Assembly: GCA_046051225.1 (NCBI GenBank)
Contig: JBJOOR010000007.1
Location: forward strand, 87,894-151,893
Direction of reading: 5' to 3'
DNA from: Bacteroidota bacterium
Lineage (GTDB): Bacteria; Bacteroidota; Bacteroidia; Chitinophagales; CAIODY01
Length of the DNA: 64,000 nucleotides
Shown: positions 59,660 through 64,000 of the stretch, piece by piece
Layout of the letters: each line of letters starts with the position of its first letter
Numbering within the stretch: position 1 is the stretch's first letter
The notes under the pieces: generated by a model
The model's input: only the letters and a program-made list of their open reading frames with translations
Told to the model about the DNA's origin: nothing
Database searches by the model: none
Program-made: the position numbers and the translations under genes

Positions 59660-59699
59660 AAAAAAGGGACTGCCCATCAAAAATGACGAACAGTCCCTT
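59660..59699 (-). terminator. Terminator downstream of tRNA-Leu
   Basis: Minus strand AGGGACTGTTCGTCA...TGATGGGCAGTCCCT followed by a T-run. Confidence 0.7.
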
Positions 59700-59703
59700 A
59701 AGG

Positions 59704-59785
59704 TGCAGGTGGAGGGACTCGAACCCACACACCTTACGGCATCAGATCCTAAGTCTGACGCGGCTGCCAATTTCGCCACACCTGC
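59704..59785 (-). tRNA. tRNA-Leu (anticodon TAG)
   Basis: GCAGGTG acceptor stem, TCAGA-CTTAGGA-TCTGA anticodon arm, long variable arm, GGTTCGAGTCC T-arm; CCA not encoded. Confidence 0.95.
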
Positions 59786-59834
59786 ATTTTTAGGATTGCA
59801 AAAGTAAAATATTTTTTGAAACAAAAAATAAAAA

Positions 59835-62054
59835 ATGAACGAAACAAAAAACACATCAGAAGATTTTGAAAAACAAAGGATAGTAAAAGAGTATAGAAAT
59901 CTTTTAAAATCGTTGAAAGGAAATTTGAATAAAGGCGACAAAAAGCAGATTAGGCTTGCATTTGATATGGCTGCCGAAGCCCATAAAGATATGAGGCGAA
60001 AAAGTGGTGAGCCATATATTTTACATCCATTGGCAGTAGCTCAAATTGTGGCTGGCGAAATTGGTTTAGGTTCTACAGCCGTTATATGTGCGCTATTGCA
60101 CGATGTAGTGGAAGACACGGAATTAACCCTTGAAGATATACAACGTGAATTTGGCAAACCTGTGGCTCAAATAATTGATGGGCTTACAAAAATAAAAGGT
60201 GTATTTGATGTAAGCACTGGTGCACAGGCCGAAAATTTTAGAAAGGTATTAATTGCAATGGCTGAAGATGTGAGAGTGATTTTAATAAAAATTGCTGATA
60301 GACTGCATAATATGCGAACGCTGGATAGCATGGCACGACCAAAGCAAATGAAAATAGCCAGCGAAACAAATTATTTGTATGCGCCAATTGCCCACAGGTT
60401 GGGGCTTTACAACATTAAAGGCGAATTAGAAGATTTAAGTTTGAAATTTTTGCAGCCCGACATTTACAGAGATATTGCAAAAAAATTAGCTGAATCAAAA
60501 AGTAAAAGAACTAAATACATCAACGAATTTATAAAGCCTATTAAAGAAGTGCTAAATGAAAGCGGAATGAATGTAGATGCCTATGGCAGGCCAAAATCCA
60601 TTTCATCCATCTATAATAAAATGGTGAAAAAAGGTGTAAAATTTGAAGAAGTGTATGATTTATTTGCTATCAGAATAATTACCGATTCGCCTATAGAAAC
60701 TGAAAAGCAAGATTGTTGGAAAATATATTCATTCATTACCGATTTTTATCAACCTAATCCTGATAGAATTAGAGATTGGATTTCAAATCCAAAAAGCACT
60801 GGCTATGAGGCTTTGCATACAACCGTGATGGGACCCGAAGGCAAATGGGTTGAGGTTCAAATACGAAGCAAACGAATGGATGAAATTGCTGAAAAAGGCT
60901 TTGCAGCGCATTGGAAGTACAAAGAAGGAAAAGAAAATGAAACCCATGTAGATGAATGGCTGAATAAAATACGAGATGTATTAAACAGCCCCAATGCAAA
61001 TGCATTAGATTTTATTAATGATTTTAAATTAAATTTATTTGCCGACGAAATATATGTATTTACACCCAAAGGCGAAGCTCGAATGATGCCATCAAAAGCA
61101 ACTGCTTTAGATTTTGCATTTGAAATTCATACCGCATTAGGCTTACAATGTATTGGGGCAAAAGTAAACCATAAATTAGTGCCATTAAGCCATACACTAA
61201 AAAATGGCGACCAAGTTGAAATTATTACCAGCACAAAACAAAGACCACATGAAGACTGGCTAAATTTTGTAGTAACAGCAAAAGCTAAAACTAAAATTAA
61301 AGATGCTTTTAAGGATGAGAAAAAAAGAATTTTGGAAGAAGGAAAATTAATGCTGGATAAAAAAATGAAGCATTTGGATATTTCACTAAACAATGAAAAT
61401 ACTACCGCTTTATTAAATTATTTTAAAACCAATACAGTATCTGATTTAAATTATCAAATTGGATTGAAACATATTGATTTAAATGAGTTAGATAAAATAA
61501 AAATTTTAGGCGGTAAAATGATTTTCGAAAGAGAAAAAAATCATTCTGCCTCATTTGTAGATTTTGAAAAAGAAGTGAAAACTATTTTATCTAAAAATGC
61601 TGAAATAACAATTTTTGGAAATGATAATTCAGCAAAAGTAGAATATACTTTAGCGAAATGTTGCAACCCAATTCCTGGCGATGATGTGTTTGGCTATATT
61701 ACAGCTACCGAAGGATTGAAAATCCACAGCACTAAATGTCCTAATGCCATCAAACTATTGGGCAATCAAGCACACAGAGTAATTGCAACTAAATGGAGCA
61801 AAAATCATGAAGTAGCATTTTTAACAAAATTAAAAATTACAGGTATTGACGAAGTAGGTGTAATGAGCAAAATTACAGATGTAATTTCAGGGCAAATGAG
61901 ATTAAATATTCGTTCTATTTCAATTGACACAATGGATGGAATTTTTGAAGGAATATTTATGATATATATAAATGATACCGAGCAATTAGAAAAAGTATCA
62001 CAAAAATTATTGCTACTAGGTGGTATTCAAAATGTTGAAAGAATTGAAAAATAA
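59835..62054 (+). CDS. relA: Bifunctional (p)ppGpp synthetase/hydrolase (RelA/SpoT)
   Basis: RKSGEPYI.HP, LHDVVED, ADRLHNMRT, GRPK, EVQIR, TGS and ACT domains. Confidence 0.95.
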   Translation: MNETKNTSEDFEKQRIVKEYRNLLKSLKGNLNKGDKKQIRLAFDMAAEAHKDMRRKSGEPYILHPLAVAQIVAGEIGLGSTAVICALLHDVVEDTELTLEDIQREFGKPVAQIIDGLTKIKGVFDVSTGAQAENFRKVLIAMAEDVRVILIKIADRLHNMRTLDSMARPKQMKIASETNYLYAPIAHRLGLYNIKGELEDLSLKFLQPDIYRDIAKKLAESKSKRTKYINEFIKPIKEVLNESGMNVDAYGRPKSISSIYNKMVKKGVKFEEVYDLFAIRIITDSPIETEKQDCWKIYSFITDFYQPNPDRIRDWISNPKSTGYEALHTTVMGPEGKWVEVQIRSKRMDEIAEKGFAAHWKYKEGKENETHVDEWLNKIRDVLNSPNANALDFINDFKLNLFADEIYVFTPKGEARMMPSKATALDFAFEIHTALGLQCIGAKVNHKLVPLSHTLKNGDQVEIITSTKQRPHEDWLNFVVTAKAKTKIKDAFKDEKKRILEEGKLMLDKKMKHLDISLNNENTTALLNYFKTNTVSDLNYQIGLKHIDLNELDKIKILGGKMIFEREKNHSASFVDFEKEVKTILSKNAEITIFGNDNSAKVEYTLAKCCNPIPGDDVFGYITATEGLKIHSTKCPNAIKLLGNQAHRVIATKWSKNHEVAFLTKLKITGIDEVGVMSKITDVISGQMRLNIRSISIDTMDGIFEGIFMIYINDTEQLEKVSQKLLLLGGIQNVERIEK

Positions 62055-62145
62055 AATATTTTTATTTACAGATTAAACTATTGTATATTTCATGCATCAT
62101 AGCTTTACAAACAAAATAAATTATTAACGATAAAAATTAATTATT

Positions 62146-63021
62146 ATGAATTACAAAAAAATTTTAATCGCAAGTTGTATGGGTGCTTTATTCATTGGAG
62201 CAATTACATTATCATCTTGCCGCAGAACAAAAATAACTGATGCCGAAGTAGAAGCAGTAGGCGATCAGGCAGATGCTGAAGGGTCATCAGCTGAAACTCA
62301 AACCATAGCCGACCAAGCTAATGCAGCTGGCAAAGGCAATGGAAGTATGCGTATGTCTAGTTCGTATAGTACATTAAGCGGTTGTGCTACCATAACTATT
62401 GATACTAGTAATAGCTCAAATGCCGATACTATTACCGTTGATTTTGGCTCATCTCCATGCCAATGCCGTGATGGACGTTTTCGTGAAGGAAAAATAATTA
62501 TTGTACATACAGGAAAATATCATACGCCTGGTGCCATCATTGATATTTATCATAATGGATATGGTGTAGGCAAAACAGCATCGGACATGAAAATGTTTAG
62601 CAACACAAGTACCAAGCATATTATAAACAATGGATACAATTCATCAGGCTTTATGAGTTGGAACGTAACATCAAATATCAGTTTTACAAAACCTAATGGT
62701 GGTGGTACTGTTACATTTTCAGAAACAAAAGTACGTACACAAATTGCAGGTTTAGCTACAGGGTATTCATCATCAAACAAATATTCAGTATCTGGTACAG
62801 CAAGTGGTACGGCGGCAAATGGCACCTCATTTACAGCCAATACAGTAAGCGGTAATGATTTAATTAGAGATATGAGTTGCCCTAAACACTTCACTCAAGG
62901 AGCTATTGATATTACACCTTCGGGCAAATCAACTATTACAATTGATTTTGGAAATGGAACATGTGATAATACTGCCACAGTAACAAGAAATGGTAAAACA
63001 AAAACAATTACCTTAAAATAA
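62146..63021 (+). CDS. Lipoprotein of unknown function
   Basis: Lipobox LSSC; DFG...C.DGR.R.G and DFGNGTCDN motifs. Confidence 0.75.
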   Translation: MNYKKILIASCMGALFIGAITLSSCRRTKITDAEVEAVGDQADAEGSSAETQTIADQANAAGKGNGSMRMSSSYSTLSGCATITIDTSNSSNADTITVDFGSSPCQCRDGRFREGKIIIVHTGKYHTPGAIIDIYHNGYGVGKTASDMKMFSNTSTKHIINNGYNSSGFMSWNVTSNISFTKPNGGGTVTFSETKVRTQIAGLATGYSSSNKYSVSGTASGTAANGTSFTANTVSGNDLIRDMSCPKHFTQGAIDITPSGKSTITIDFGNGTCDNTATVTRNGKTKTITLK

Positions 63022-63040
63022 ACTTTGTAAATAAATTTCT

Positions 63041-63074
63041 AAAAGCCGATTCTACCCAAATTGAATCGGCTTTT
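63041..63074 (+). terminator. Terminator
   Basis: AAAAGCCGATTC...GAATCGGCTTTT. Confidence 0.7.
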
Positions 63075-63181
63075 GTATTTTTAATCGTTGTTAAAGCCTT
63101 GTTAAGCAGTTTTATATTTTTAAAATCCTTATACTTTTGCATCAACCAAAATTTTTATTACTTAAATAATTTTAAAATATT

Positions 63182-64000
63182 ATGAATTTCAAAAATCTTA
63201 AACACGTATTATTATTTATTATTCTTACCGCAATTGCAAATTCAATATCAGCAAAAGACGAAGGCTATAAGATTACACTAAAACTAAATGGATACAAAGA
63301 CAAGGTGTGTTATTTAGCAAATTATTATGGCGATAAACAATATATACAAGATACGGTAATGCTTAAGAATATTGGTGATGCTATTGTATTTGAAGGAAAA
63401 GAAAAATTACATCAAGGTATCTATATGGTGGTTATTCCATCGCATAAATATTTTGAATTAATGATTGGAGAAGACCAAATTTTTGATGTGGAAACTGATA
63501 CAACAGATTTTGTAGGACACCTAAAAATAAAAGGTTCTATCGACAATGAATTGTTTTTAGATTATTTAAAATTTACTACAAAAATGGGTATAGAAATGGA
63601 GCTAGCAAATTCGAAATATAGAACCGCAAAAACTAAAACAGACAGTTTGTCGGCAGCAAAATCAATGGCTGATGCAGATTCAATTGTAAACGATTTTAGA
63701 AAAAAATTTGTAGCCAAAAACCCTAAATTATTGCTTTCTAGTATTTTTAAAGCCATGCCCGAGCCAGTTGTTCCTAAGGAAATAGAACAGAAAAAAGATA
63801 ATGCTACTGCTTTCAATTATTTTAAAACGCATTATTTTGACAACTTTGATTTTAGCGATGAAAGACTTTTATACACTCCAATATTTCATGGCAAAGTAAG
63901 TAAATACTTAAACCAATTAACGGCTCAACATCCAGACTCAATCAATAAATCGGCTGATTTTTTAGTAGAAAAATCAAGAGCAAATAAAGAAATGTTTAAA
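63182..64000 (+). CDS. Exported DUF5106/redoxin-type protein, 3'-truncated by window edge
   Basis: Not in the ORF track; ATG 63182 reads MNFKNLKH...LANYYGDKQY...HYFDNFDFSDERLLYTP to the window end. Confidence 0.7.
   Translation, partial: MNFKNLKHVLLFIILTAIANSISAKDEGYKITLKLNGYKDKVCYLANYYGDKQYIQDTVMLKNIGDAIVFEGKEKLHQGIYMVVIPSHKYFELMIGEDQIFDVETDTTDFVGHLKIKGSIDNELFLDYLKFTTKMGIEMELANSKYRTAKTKTDSLSAAKSMADADSIVNDFRKKFVAKNPKLLLSSIFKAMPEPVVPKEIEQKKDNATAFNYFKTHYFDNFDFSDERLLYTPIFHGKVSKYLNQLTAQHPDSINKSADFLVEKSRANKEMFK

Noticed and set aside
59526-59941. ORFs 59526-59807 and 59591-59941
   Set aside because: Overlap tRNA-Leu and the relA start; spurious
55021-63074. Shared AAAAGCCGATTC/GAATCGGCTTTT arms in two terminators
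   Set aside because: Adequately explained as intrinsic terminators; two copies are too few to call a repeat family

Overview
AT-rich Bacteroidota chromosome segment (TAnnTTTG promoters, T9SS-sorted proteins, fused SecDF, short NuoG), mostly housekeeping: secDF, pgk, aroQ, rpmA/rplU, pabB-like, pepP, scoB, accC-like, tag, rpsO, pnp, relA/spoT and tRNA-Leu(TAG). The main accessory feature is a 3.6-kb islet (17792-21373) between an LptF/G gene and a UvrD-nuclease gene. It holds a REP-associated HUH tyrosine transposase (RAYT) and four copies of a ~54-bp double-hairpin REP. The REPs form two inverted pairs, each enclosing AT-rich orphan genes. REP-end-derived units match the Bacteroidota housekeeping promoter and point into that cargo, and two cargo stop codons abut an AACCCCG junction. 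By inference this looks like an integron-like gene capture and expression platform. Other points: a dinB-dnaE2 mutagenesis cassette next to tRNA-Leu with twin operators and an apparently truncated repressor; a PAS kinase plus REC-Crp/Fnr regulator with tandem FNR-like boxes at two promoters of identical geometry; and a Fic gene with twin 29-bp palindromes. All calls come from reading the sequence and recalled family motifs; no searches were run.
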